64,000 nt of DNA, taken from assembly GCA_947463125.1 (NCBI GenBank), contig CANHQZ010000002.1, positions 46,951-110,950 on the forward strand, in the 5' to 3' direction. This document shows, one piece after another, positions 27,541 through 37,501 of this stretch. The position numbers and the translations under genes were made by a program. The notes below the pieces were generated by a model. It was given only the letters and a program-made list of their open reading frames with translations, made no database searches and had not been told where the DNA came from. The stretch's first letter is position 1, and each line of letters opens with the position of its first letter. Origin of the DNA: Flavobacteriales bacterium (GTDB lineage Bacteria > Bacteroidota > Bacteroidia > NS11-12g > UBA955).

Positions 27541-28245
27541 ATGGAAGCAGCAGCGAGAGCAGAAAAATCGGTTCAAATTGAAGACAGCTGGTATGAAATT
27601 TTGAAAGGGGAATTTGAAAAGCCTTATTTTCAGTATCTTAAACAATTTTTAATCAAGGAAAGACAGGCAGGATATGTGATTTATCCTCCCGGTTCACGCA
27701 TTTTTGCTGCGTTTGATTACACGCCGTTTTGGGACGTAAAATGCGTGATTGTGGGACAGGATCCATACCATGGACCGCGACAGGCCAACGGATTGTGTTT
27801 CTCGGTGAGCGATGGCCAGAAAAAGCCACCTTCGCTGGTAAATATTTTCAAAGAGCTGCACGACGACATTGGTTGTCCGATACCCTACAGCGGAAACCTG
27901 GAACCCTGGGCACATAATGGCGTCCTGCTATTGAATACGATTCTAACCGTAAGGGCAGGTCAGCCTAAATCCCACCATGGCCACGGCTGGGAGGAATTTA
28001 CTGCTGCAGCCATTGAAAAACTGAGCGACCTGCATGAACATCTGGTCTTTATTCTTTGGGGACGTGAAGCACAATTGAAGGAAGAGTTGATTGATACTAC
28101 CAAGCACCTGGTACTCAAATCACATCATCCCAGTCCGTATTCTGCAGAAAAAGGCTTTTTTGGCAATCACCATTTTAGCCGCACCAATCAATGGTTGCAG
28201 GACCACGGAATCGAGCCTATCGACTGGAATCCGGTGCAACCCTGA
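27541..28245 (+). CDS. ung: Uracil-DNA glycosylase (family 1)
   Basis: GQDPYH, GLCFS, GVLLLN, HPSP. Confidence 0.97.
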   Translation: MEAAARAEKSVQIEDSWYEILKGEFEKPYFQYLKQFLIKERQAGYVIYPPGSRIFAAFDYTPFWDVKCVIVGQDPYHGPRQANGLCFSVSDGQKKPPSLVNIFKELHDDIGCPIPYSGNLEPWAHNGVLLLNTILTVRAGQPKSHHGHGWEEFTAAAIEKLSDLHEHLVFILWGREAQLKEELIDTTKHLVLKSHHPSPYSAEKGFFGNHHFSRTNQWLQDHGIEPIDWNPVQP

Positions 28246-28310
28246 TACATAACAGCAAGGTGTGGACATCTTGTCGCACTTTGTTTCTGAAGGTTGTGTT
28301 TCTTTGAAAG

Positions 28311-29009
28311 GTGGAATTTCCGGTAGAAATCCAGAACGCAACCATTTACCAGGGCCGAATCCCGGTGCTGAATGAGGTGAATATTCGCATCAACAAAGGC
28401 GAGTTTGCGTATCTAATTGGTAAAACGGGTTCGGGTAAGTCCAGCCTGCTTAAAACCCTTTACGGTGAACTTCCGCTAACGGAAGGAACCGGTAATGTAG
28501 CTGGAATCGGTTTGCAAGATTTAAAAAAGGCACAGATTCCTTATCTGCGCAGAAAACTGGGCATTGTTTTTCAGGATTTTCAGTTACTGACCGACCGCAG
28601 CGCCCTGGATAACCTTTTGTTCGTGCTCAAAGCTACGGGCTGGAAAGACAAACAGCAACGCATTGACAGGGCCAATGAGGTTCTTGCCAAAGTAGGGCTG
28701 GAAAACAAAGGGTACAAAATACCGGCAGAACTAAGCGGTGGTGAACAGCAACGCCTGGTTATTGCGCGTGCACTCCTGAATAACCCCGAGGTGATTCTGG
28801 CCGATGAACCCACCGGAAACCTGGATCCCGATGTCTCCGACGAGGTAATGCGCATGTTGCAGGATGTTTGTAAGGAAGGACGCTCTGTGGTTATGGCAAC
28901 CCATGATTACCGGCTCATTGAAGAGTTTGGCGGTACCATCTACCGCGTGGCAGGTGGTAAAGTCAACAAAATAGATTCTCTCAAAGAATTAGTGCCGAAT
29001 CAACAGTAA
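28311..29009 (+). CDS. ftsE: FtsE-like ABC ATP-binding protein
   Basis: GKTGSGKS, LRRKLGIVFQDFQLL, LSGGEQQR, ADEPTGNLD. Confidence 0.85.
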   Translation: MEFPVEIQNATIYQGRIPVLNEVNIRINKGEFAYLIGKTGSGKSSLLKTLYGELPLTEGTGNVAGIGLQDLKKAQIPYLRRKLGIVFQDFQLLTDRSALDNLLFVLKATGWKDKQQRIDRANEVLAKVGLENKGYKIPAELSGGEQQRLVIARALLNNPEVILADEPTGNLDPDVSDEVMRMLQDVCKEGRSVVMATHDYRLIEEFGGTIYRVAGGKVNKIDSLKELVPNQQ

Positions 29010-30512
29010 GGTTCTGGCGGCATTTGCAGCATCAATCATATAGGTTCCATCTGACAAATCTGAAACGGAAATCGTTCCTGAAACCGATCTGATCGTTTTT
29101 ACCAAAGTCCCATTGATCTGGAAAATGCGTACATATTTGCCGATGAAGGCCGGCGAATAAACTTCATTTTGTGCAGGATTGGGGAACAATGCAATATTCT
29201 GCTTTTTATCAATCGTATTGCCTGCAGGATAAATCATTTGCTGCAAAGCGGTGGTTGTGCGCTCGCTGATATAGGGTTTCACACCAAAACTCACATGGTT
29301 GCCCCAGGCTTTGGTATCGGCTTGCTGCCAGTCTGCGAGCGTAAAACCATAGTCGGAAGCCCTGGCTCCCGTGAAGTAGGGATCAGCAGCCACCGCCGCT
29401 GCCACGATAGACTTGTGGTTATCAATAATGGCAAACAGGCTGTCTGCCTTGTAAGCACCGTCAATCAGGTTTCGCAATTCCTGTTCATAAGCCATTTTCC
29501 ACCGGGTCACCCCAAGTATTTTATAGGTAAGGGGAGCTTTTGAGTTAGTCAGCTTGCCCCAGGCATGAATATTTCGTTTTTGGATATCGCTAACACCCCA
29601 TTGCACACCGAATGTATTATCCATGTCGTACGGTATGTATACAAAGCGGTTATCCGACATTCTGTGGTAAAGGAAATAATTGTTTTTATTGTAAAAGTAA
29701 TTGTCCCAGTGCCCCATCAGAACCTCTGCCGCCAGCACTTTCAGATAGGCATTCACATCAAAAACCTGCTCAATCCAAGATTCAAAGGAATCTTTTGGGC
29801 TGTTGTTGATTACATTGATAAAATAAACAAGATCACTGTAATCATCGGCGACGGTATTGGTTTTCAATTCATAAGCCCGCTCATTCAGGGGAGAAGGATT
29901 GATTAGGTCTTTGTAAGGTTGCTGGAATGAACCCAGCCAGCCCAGATCTGCAGGCCAGCTGCATTTGTAGAGGTTTCCTATGCTTTCGCCAAATCGGGAT
30001 TGGAGAAATGTTTTATCGATGTATTCTGAATGGTTTCTCAATCCCTGATATGTGCCATTTACGTACAACCTGACAGGATTACTGCGCGTTGCAACAATTC
30101 CGGCCCGGGCCAGAAATCGTGCACTGAGAAATTCCCGAACCAAGGAAGGATCGTTGTGGTTGCCATTCAGGTTCATGTTTTTCAGCCCCTGATAGGTTTG
30201 GCTCTGAAATGCACCCAAATCCAGGCGGTAGCCTCTCTTCTCCGCTTCACGGGATGAATTTCCTTTCACACGCATTCCGATATTGCGCAGCGTGTCTTTT
30301 TGATCGTAAATAAACAATGAAGAAAAATAAACATTGTCCCATACGTTTTTATTCATCTTCGTCCAGCTGTCCTTGGGTAAGAAAATATCGACACGGTGGA
30401 TTTTATTGTCGTAAATAGTTCCGTTTTGCGGCCATACGGCTTGCTGCGCCTCCAGGTGCCGCGTTGGAAGCAGAAAAGTCACGGCCAAAAAGAAGCAGCG
30501 GAAGATTTTCAT
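28989..30512 (-). CDS. CotH family kinase with T9SS C-terminal sorting domain
   Basis: RVKGNSSR, DPSLVRE, HWDNY..KNNYFLY, IPYDMDNTFG; C-terminal LFPNPAQNE...LSDGTYMI. Confidence 0.88.
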   Translation of the reverse strand: MKIFRCFFLAVTFLLPTRHLEAQQAVWPQNGTIYDNKIHRVDIFLPKDSWTKMNKNVWDNVYFSSLFIYDQKDTLRNIGMRVKGNSSREAEKRGYRLDLGAFQSQTYQGLKNMNLNGNHNDPSLVREFLSARFLARAGIVATRSNPVRLYVNGTYQGLRNHSEYIDKTFLQSRFGESIGNLYKCSWPADLGWLGSFQQPYKDLINPSPLNERAYELKTNTVADDYSDLVYFINVINNSPKDSFESWIEQVFDVNAYLKVLAAEVLMGHWDNYFYNKNNYFLYHRMSDNRFVYIPYDMDNTFGVQWGVSDIQKRNIHAWGKLTNSKAPLTYKILGVTRWKMAYEQELRNLIDGAYKADSLFAIIDNHKSIVAAAVAADPYFTGARASDYGFTLADWQQADTKAWGNHVSFGVKPYISERTTTALQQMIYPAGNTIDKKQNIALFPNPAQNEVYSPAFIGKYVRIFQINGTLVKTIRSVSGTISVSDLSDGTYMIDAANAARTLLLIRH

Positions 30513-31978
30513 TTTGCAGAAGACAGTTTGTAAATATAGAGATTGCCGTACAATGTAGGTATTGATCCTGTCACTATTGCACTTGTTGGCTTCACCTGCT
30601 GTTGTTTATTGAGCATGCTGTTTCGGCTTACTGGCATGGGGTAGTTATATACATCCGTATACACCGGTGATTTTTGGATGGTGTTGAGTGAGTCTGCATC
30701 CATAAATGTGATTCCTTCTTCCTTGAATTTTTTTTGATAATAGGGCGTTTGTGTAGACAGGTAATTCTCCAGCATTACCCTTTCTCTCGCAATGAAGATT
30801 AGGTTTTTGGCCTTTTCTTCTTCCGCGATTTTCAATAACAAATTCAATTCAGCGCCGTACCTTATTGTTTTAATATTGGCGTTGGGAATCAAATAAACTC
30901 CCAGGTTCCAACAGAGCATGGCAGTTGCCAAAGGCAATGCTTTGTGTTGCCATTTTATTAGGAAAGCAGGGAAGGAAAGCAGCAGCAAAAACGGAATCAT
31001 GACCATGAATTCGGCGTTGCCCACAGAATATACGGCCCATAAAAACTGCAAAATCAAGGCAAAACGCAGCCAGCGAAAGCCTGAGAAGTTGTTTTGCGTT
31101 TTTTCATGGATGTTATTTTGGTTTTTTGCAAGAATTGCAACAGCAGTCAAGCCCAATGCCAGTATGGGAAAAGCCCATAACCATGTCCACGCATCGAGAA
31201 AATATGGAATGTTGCCGTGCACCTGAATCCAAGTTCGTATGCTGTTGATTGCGCTATACTTCAGGTTGTCAAATCCGGGAATTAGGGAAACGGTGCCATT
31301 CATGGCATCCGAAAAAGGATATTGCCACCAGATTTTATGCTCGTAGGTGGCAGAACCAACATAGGCAAGCAATATTATGCCCAAAGAAATTCCCGCTGCA
31401 ACCCATTTTTGTTTACCTGCCGGGAAAAATAAAACTGCCGCAAGCCACCACCAGCAATGGATTTGGTGAAACAACACCGCCAATGCCAGCAAGCCGAATC
31501 CGGCGTATAGGTTCGCATGGTTTTCTGCTTTTTGGTGTTTTAATAAATACAGCGTTCCCCACAGGCTCAGCAACAGCGGTAATAGGTAGGTTTCATTTTC
31601 CGTAGCAAAACGCATGGTGGCGAATGCACTTCCTGCAAGCATTACAGCTGCTTTGGCAGCTGACTTGTTGTCTGAAATCAATTCAAAACAACGCTTTAAC
31701 AGGTATAAAGAACCCGCAGCTGCGATGGCATTGATGGCCTGCATCCACATTAGGTAATGCGTAAAGTGCTTTCCAATAAGCCCGTAGGTAATTTGCCCGA
31801 AAGGCCCATAGAGCAGGTGGTGCGGGGAGAAAAGCCATTTCCCGGACTCGGCATTTTGCAGAAATTCACCGGCATAACCCACCGCATCGCCGGAAGGGTT
31901 AATACCCGGCAAAAGCAGGTATAAAAGCCCAAATCCAAGCCATGCGAGAGACAATATCCGGTTTTTAACCGCCTGCAT
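30509..31978 (-). CDS. Polytopic membrane protein, GT-C fold glycosyltransferase-like
   Basis: About 10 TM segments; GDAVGYA, SPHHLLY, FATENETY, LFHQ motifs in loops. Confidence 0.6.
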   Translation of the reverse strand: MQAVKNRILSLAWLGFGLLYLLLPGINPSGDAVGYAGEFLQNAESGKWLFSPHHLLYGPFGQITYGLIGKHFTHYLMWMQAINAIAAAGSLYLLKRCFELISDNKSAAKAAVMLAGSAFATMRFATENETYLLPLLLSLWGTLYLLKHQKAENHANLYAGFGLLALAVLFHQIHCWWWLAAVLFFPAGKQKWVAAGISLGIILLAYVGSATYEHKIWWQYPFSDAMNGTVSLIPGFDNLKYSAINSIRTWIQVHGNIPYFLDAWTWLWAFPILALGLTAVAILAKNQNNIHEKTQNNFSGFRWLRFALILQFLWAVYSVGNAEFMVMIPFLLLLSFPAFLIKWQHKALPLATAMLCWNLGVYLIPNANIKTIRYGAELNLLLKIAEEEKAKNLIFIARERVMLENYLSTQTPYYQKKFKEEGITFMDADSLNTIQKSPVYTDVYNYPMPVSRNSMLNKQQQVKPTSAIVTGSIPTLYGNLYIYKLSSAK

Positions 31979-31983
31979 ACAGG

Positions 31984-32011
31984 CAAAGGTAAGATACAGG
32001 GCGTATCTTTG
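31984..32011. promoter_or_regulatory. Back-to-back divergent -7 promoter elements
   Basis: TACCTTTG (minus, 31984-31991) and TATCTTTG (plus, 32004-32011), each 4-5 bp from an ATG. Confidence 0.65.
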
Positions 32012-32015
32012 CCGC

Positions 32016-33425
32016 ATGCATCAGGCACTGCAAACCGAGGAGTTTGAAATCATCGCCGGGGTGGCTGCCCAAACGGGCATTCAGGCCTGGGTGGTGGGCG
32101 GTTTTGTGCGCGATCTGATGCTGGGTGTGCCTACCAAAGATATCGATGTCGTTGTGCTGGGCTCCGGCGTGGATTTTGCCGAAAAAGTGGCTAAAAAACT
32201 GCCGGGTGAGACCCATGTGGCCTACTTTAAAAACTTTGGCACAGCACAAATAAAAACCCGTGATTACATCATAGAGTTTATCGGTGCCCGCAAGGAAAGT
32301 TACGACCGTCAAAGCCGCAAACCCGCGGTAGAGGACGGTTCACTGGCCGATGACCAGAACCGCCGCGATTTTACCATCAATTCCATGTACCTGAGCCTGA
32401 ACAAGGCCGATTTCGGAGAATTGATGGATCCGTTTAACGGCGTGCAGGACTTGCAGGATAAAATCATTCGAACACCTATGGATCCGGATGTGACGTTCAG
32501 CGATGATCCCCTGCGCATGCTCCGCGCCGTGCGCTTTGCAACCCGACTTGGTTTCACCATTCATCCGGAAACCATGGAAGCACTTGCCAAAAACGCAGAG
32601 CGCATTTCCATTGTTTCGCAGGAGCGGATTACCGACGAATTGAACGGCATTATCATGTGCAAACAGCCGGGCAAGGGTTTAGAGATTTTGTTTGATACGG
32701 GAATTCTGCACCTCATCTTTCCCGAATTTACTGCATTGCATGGTATAGAAACCCGGAATGGGAAGAGCCATAAAGACAATTTTTACCATACGCTCAAGGT
32801 GCTCGACAATTTGTGTGAGCTCAGTGAAAACCTATGGTTGCGCTGGTCGGCCATCCTCCACGACATTGCCAAGCCTGCCACCAAAAGGTTTGATCCGGCT
32901 GTAGGCTGGACCTTTCACGGACACGAAGACCGGGGAGCCCGCATGGTTAAAGGCATCTTCCGCAAAATGCGCCTGCCACTGGACGACAAAATGCGCTACG
33001 TGGAGAAAATGGTGGCTCTGCACCTGCGTCCCATTGTGCTGAGTAAAGAGATTGTTACAGACAGCGCGGTGCGCCGCCTGATTGTGGATGCCGGCGAAGA
33101 TGTGATGGATCTGCTGAATCTGTGCAGGGCTGATATTACCAGTAAAAACGAAATTAAGGTGGCCCGTCACCTGGCCAATCTTGAAAAAGTAGCCGAAAAG
33201 ATAAAGGACGTAACCGAGCGCGACGCCATGCGCAACTGGCAGCCTGTGGTTTCCGGAAACCACATTCTGGAAATGTTCGATATCCGTGATCCCAAACTCA
33301 TCGGCGTACTCAAAAACACAGTAAGGGATGCCATTCTGGATGGCGAAATTCCCAATGAAGAAGAGGCCGCGCTCGCGTTTACCCGCCAAAAAGGTCTGGA
33401 AATGGGGCTGCAGGCACGAAACTGA
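32016..33425 (+). CDS. cca: CCA tRNA nucleotidyltransferase with HD domain
   Basis: VGGFVRDL, DIDVV, RRDFTIN, DPLRMLRAVRFA, LHDIAK. Confidence 0.9.
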   Translation: MHQALQTEEFEIIAGVAAQTGIQAWVVGGFVRDLMLGVPTKDIDVVVLGSGVDFAEKVAKKLPGETHVAYFKNFGTAQIKTRDYIIEFIGARKESYDRQSRKPAVEDGSLADDQNRRDFTINSMYLSLNKADFGELMDPFNGVQDLQDKIIRTPMDPDVTFSDDPLRMLRAVRFATRLGFTIHPETMEALAKNAERISIVSQERITDELNGIIMCKQPGKGLEILFDTGILHLIFPEFTALHGIETRNGKSHKDNFYHTLKVLDNLCELSENLWLRWSAILHDIAKPATKRFDPAVGWTFHGHEDRGARMVKGIFRKMRLPLDDKMRYVEKMVALHLRPIVLSKEIVTDSAVRRLIVDAGEDVMDLLNLCRADITSKNEIKVARHLANLEKVAEKIKDVTERDAMRNWQPVVSGNHILEMFDIRDPKLIGVLKNTVRDAILDGEIPNEEEAALAFTRQKGLEMGLQARN

Positions 33426-33478
33426 AAACTTTATCGGTTTTTTAGCAAGGCTACTTTGTATTTTTGCATCCAGCAAAC

Positions 33479-34750
33479 ATGATACAGCTCGCCTACATTC
33501 GTTCCAATGCCGATGAAGTAATCAAACGCCTTTCGCTCCGCGGTATAGATGCCGCCGAAACCGTTAAGGAAATTCTGGATACCGACAAAAAAGCCCGCGA
33601 TTGCCGCTCCGAAATGGAGCAAAATCAGGCCCGTGGCAACCAGATTGCCCGTGAAATCGGGGAGCTGATGAAGTCGGGCAAAAGGGAAGAGGCCGAGCAG
33701 AAAAAAAGCGAAACCGCTGCCATCAAGGAAAGGCTGAAAACGCTGGAAACCGATGTGGAAACACTGGAAGCCCGTGTGAAAGAACTTATCATTTCTTTGC
33801 CCAATACACCCCATGAATCTGTGCCGCATGGCAAATCAGCCGATGATAACCACACTGTGCTTACCTGGGGTTCGGTACCCGCTTTGCCTGAAAACGCCCT
33901 TCCACACTGGGAGCTGGCCGCCAAGTATGATATCATCGATTTTGAACTGGGCGTAAAAATTGCCGGTGCCGGTTTTCCGGTATACAAAGGCAAAGGTGCC
34001 ATTCTGCAGCGCGCACTCATTCAGTTTTTTCTGAACGAAGCCAATAAAGCCGGCTTCACGGAAATTCAGCCACCCATTGTGGTGAATGCTGACAGCGGTT
34101 TTGGCACCGGACAGCTGCCCGACAAGGAAGGACAGATGTATTACGCACCGCTGGATGATTTGTACCTCATTCCTACAGCTGAAGTGCCCATTACCAATAT
34201 GTACCGAGATGTGATTCTGGAGGAAAGTGCTCTTCCCATAAAGAATGCGGGTTATACGCCTTGTTTTCGCCGTGAGGCAGGCAGTTATGGAGCCCACGTG
34301 CGTGGCCTGAACCGCCTGCACCAGTTTGATAAAGTGGAAATTGTGCAGATTGTGAAGCCTGAAAACAGCTATCAGGTGCTGGAAGATATGAGCGCTTATG
34401 TGCAAGGTTTGTTGCAGAAACTGGGACTTCACTACCGTGTGTTGCTGCTCTGCGGCGGCGATATGGGATTTGCATCGGCAAAAACCTATGATATGGAAGT
34501 GTGGAGCGCAGCCCAGAATCGATGGCTGGAGTGCAGTTCTGTGAGCAATTTTGAAACCTTCCAGACGCATCGCCTGAAATGCCGTTACCGCAATGCTGCC
34601 GGTAAAACCGAACAGGCCCATAGCCTGAATGGCAGTGCGCTCGCGCTTCCGCGTATTGTGGCAGCCTTGCTGGAAAATAACCAGACAGCCGATGGAATCC
34701 GCGTTCCTGAAGTGCTCGTCCCGTATACCGGATTTGATATCATCGCTTAA
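33479..34750 (+). CDS. serS: Serine--tRNA ligase
   Basis: N-terminal coiled arm, LIPTAEVP, FRREAGS, HQFDKVE, LNGSALA. Confidence 0.98.
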   Translation: MIQLAYIRSNADEVIKRLSLRGIDAAETVKEILDTDKKARDCRSEMEQNQARGNQIAREIGELMKSGKREEAEQKKSETAAIKERLKTLETDVETLEARVKELIISLPNTPHESVPHGKSADDNHTVLTWGSVPALPENALPHWELAAKYDIIDFELGVKIAGAGFPVYKGKGAILQRALIQFFLNEANKAGFTEIQPPIVVNADSGFGTGQLPDKEGQMYYAPLDDLYLIPTAEVPITNMYRDVILEESALPIKNAGYTPCFRREAGSYGAHVRGLNRLHQFDKVEIVQIVKPENSYQVLEDMSAYVQGLLQKLGLHYRVLLLCGGDMGFASAKTYDMEVWSAAQNRWLECSSVSNFETFQTHRLKCRYRNAAGKTEQAHSLNGSALALPRIVAALLENNQTADGIRVPEVLVPYTGFDIIA

Positions 34751-34759
34751 TGCCGATTT

Positions 34760-35284
34760 ATGGAACATTTAAAATATCCTATCGGTAAATTTGATTTAGA
34801 AAAAACGGATTATCAGCTGGAAGAACTGCTGGAATGCGTGCTTCAGATTCAAGCGCTGCCAAATGAACTGAGCAAATTGCTGAACGGAATCTCCGCAGAA
34901 AATGCGGAGAATACATACAGGCCCGGCGGCTGGAATGTACGTCAGATTATACACCACATAGCCGACTCCCACTTGAATGCCTGGGTTAGAACAAAGCTAT
35001 TGCTCACCGAAGATAATCCCACTGTAAAGCCATATGATGAAAATGCATGGGCTGCGGGAAAGGATTACGGTTTTGCGTTTGAAGCTTCTTACCTCATGCT
35101 GGTGGGAATTCATCAACGCTGGAGTTTGCTGCTGTTGGAAACCTTAAAAACACCGGAACTGCTCTCGCGCACCTTCTTTCATCCTGAACACAACAAATCG
35201 TTTTCGCTTGCGCAACTGATTGCCATGTATGCATGGCATGGAAATACCCATTTGGCTCACATTCGCATTGCAATAGGCAAGTAG
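34760..35284 (+). CDS. YfiT/DinB family bacillithiol S-transferase-like protein
   Basis: LKYPIG, TYRPGGW, HHIADSH, YAWHGNTHLAHI. Confidence 0.88.
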   Translation: MEHLKYPIGKFDLEKTDYQLEELLECVLQIQALPNELSKLLNGISAENAENTYRPGGWNVRQIIHHIADSHLNAWVRTKLLLTEDNPTVKPYDENAWAAGKDYGFAFEASYLMLVGIHQRWSLLLLETLKTPELLSRTFFHPEHNKSFSLAQLIAMYAWHGNTHLAHIRIAIGK

Positions 35285-35288
35285 TTAA

Positions 35289-37421
35289 TTACCAGTCTGA
35301 GAGCTGAAAATCAATCTGCCGTGTCTGGGGATTGGCATTTTTCACCTTGATGGTGATGATATCGCCCAAAGAATAGGTTTTACGGGTTCTGCGCCCCATG
35401 ACTTTTCTCTCCGCTTCAAAATATTCATAGCGGTCGCCTTTTATATCACTAAGGCGAATCATGCCTTCGCAGTGATTTTCAATAATTTCGGCATAAATCC
35501 CCCACTCGGTCAGTCCGCTTACCACGGCTTCAAAATATTGTCCAACACGGGCTTCAAGGTATTCGGCCATTTTGTATTTGGTGCTGGCGCGTTCTGCCTC
35601 TGCAGCCTTTTGTTCCATATTGCTGCTGTGTTTGGCCATTTCTTCAATTTTATCAGCTGAAATAACTTCCTTGCGGCTGTGCAGGTAATGCTGCAGCAGG
35701 CGATGGGCAATCAAATCGGGATAGCGGCGTATGGGAGAGGTGAAGTGGGTATAATAATCAAATGCCAGTCCAAAATGGGTGCTTTTTTGCGATGTGTAAA
35801 CCGCTTTGGCCATGGATCTTAGGGCCATTTGCTGCAATACATCCTGTTCGGGTTTCCCTTCAATGTCTTTCAGCAGTTTGTTCATGCTGGCCCTTAGGTT
35901 GGCTTCGGTGCTTAGGTCTATCCTGTAACCAAATAATTTGCAAAATTTGGAAAACTCGACCAGTCTGTCGGTAGGAGGCGCATCGTGGGTTCGGTAAATG
36001 TATGGCAGCTCAGGCTTTTGAAGGGTTTTGATATAGTGCGCCACTTCCCGGTTGGCCAGCAGCATAAATTCCTCAATGAGCTTGTGCGCTTCGAAGCGTT
36101 TTTTAACCATCACTTCAAGGGGCTTACCCTTGCTGTCCAGTTTGAATCTTATTTCATCGCTTTCAAACGATATGGCGCCTGCCTTGAATCGTTTGCGCTG
36201 AAAGGTTTCGGCCAGTGCATTGAGTTCGCCCAGTTCCCGGGCCCAGTCGCCCTCACCGGTTTTGATTCTTTCCTGCGCCTCTTCGTATGAGAAACGGCGG
36301 ATGCTGTGAATGACGGTTTTCCCAAACCACCGCTCTTTCACTTCGCCCTGCCCATTCATAATGAAAACCGCCGAAAAGGCCAGCCTGTCTTCATTGGGTC
36401 GCAGACTGCAAAGGTTATTGCTCAGTTTTTCAGGCAACATGGGAATGGTGCGGTCTGCCAGATACACACTGGTTCCGCGATGCAGTGCTTCCTGATCTAA
36501 CCGGCTGCCTTCGGTCACAAAATGACTCACATCGGCAATGTGGACCCCCAGTTCTATCAATCCGTTGTCGAGTTTGCGGTAGGAAATGGCATCGTCAAAA
36601 TCTTTGGCATCCACAGGATCGATGGTGCAGGTAGGAATATTCCTGAAATCGCGCCTTTCCTTGAGAACAGCTGCGGGTATCTGCTCGCTGTAGCTTTCGG
36701 CTTCTTTCTCCACATCGGCAGGAAAGGAAACGGCAAATCCGAATTCAGCCACAATGGCGTGCATTTCGGCATCGTTGGTGCCCGGTTTGCCCAATATCTC
36801 CACCAATCTGCCCAGCGGATTCTGTTTTTTCTCCGGAAAATCAAATACTTCAACCACCGCCTTCATGCCATCCAGGTCTGAATCGACCCTGCCATCAATC
36901 TTGATGTCGGTTTTAAATGGAGCCTTGTCTGCAATCAGATAGCCATTTCCCTCAAATACATCCAGGTTGCCCGTATAGCGCCGCTTGCTGCGGCTCACAA
37001 CCCGCAAAACCCTGCCTGTGGGCCGGTTGCCACGCCCGAGCACATCCACCTCCACGGTGTCTCCGGGCAAAGCGCGGTTCAGCCATTCTGCTGGCACATA
37101 AATATCAGCGGTATCCGGACCGGCATTTTCAGGCGTTACGAATCCGTCGCCGCTGCGCACAAATTCAATAATACCCCGTATTTGAAGTGCAGGATGCTTT
37201 ACACGGAATTGTCCTTTGCTGGGCTGTTCGGCTTTGTTTAGGTGGGTAAGGCGGAGCAGTGCTTTATATACAAGGTCCGTGGTTAGCCTTGCCTCACGCG
37301 GGATGCGACTCAATATTCTGTTTGAATTCATTGTGCCTTTGGGGTTGTCCTCCAAAACAGCCAGCACCAGTTTTTCTGCGAATGATAATTTTTCCCCGCC
37401 CACCTCTACAAATATACTCAT
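35289..37421 (-). CDS. rnr: Ribonuclease R
   Basis: TIDPVDAKDFDDA, HIADVS, HFTSPIRRYPDL, C-terminal S1 domain. Confidence 0.96.
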   Translation of the reverse strand: MSIFVEVGGEKLSFAEKLVLAVLEDNPKGTMNSNRILSRIPREARLTTDLVYKALLRLTHLNKAEQPSKGQFRVKHPALQIRGIIEFVRSGDGFVTPENAGPDTADIYVPAEWLNRALPGDTVEVDVLGRGNRPTGRVLRVVSRSKRRYTGNLDVFEGNGYLIADKAPFKTDIKIDGRVDSDLDGMKAVVEVFDFPEKKQNPLGRLVEILGKPGTNDAEMHAIVAEFGFAVSFPADVEKEAESYSEQIPAAVLKERRDFRNIPTCTIDPVDAKDFDDAISYRKLDNGLIELGVHIADVSHFVTEGSRLDQEALHRGTSVYLADRTIPMLPEKLSNNLCSLRPNEDRLAFSAVFIMNGQGEVKERWFGKTVIHSIRRFSYEEAQERIKTGEGDWARELGELNALAETFQRKRFKAGAISFESDEIRFKLDSKGKPLEVMVKKRFEAHKLIEEFMLLANREVAHYIKTLQKPELPYIYRTHDAPPTDRLVEFSKFCKLFGYRIDLSTEANLRASMNKLLKDIEGKPEQDVLQQMALRSMAKAVYTSQKSTHFGLAFDYYTHFTSPIRRYPDLIAHRLLQHYLHSRKEVISADKIEEMAKHSSNMEQKAAEAERASTKYKMAEYLEARVGQYFEAVVSGLTEWGIYAEIIENHCEGMIRLSDIKGDRYEYFEAERKVMGRRTRKTYSLGDIITIKVKNANPQTRQIDFQLSDW

Positions 37422-37501
37422 TCAAAAGGGTTTAATGAAAGGGAATGGGAACTTACACAAAGGATGATTTTGGTAAGGTGCATTATGCTTACTTTCGCGT
37501 T

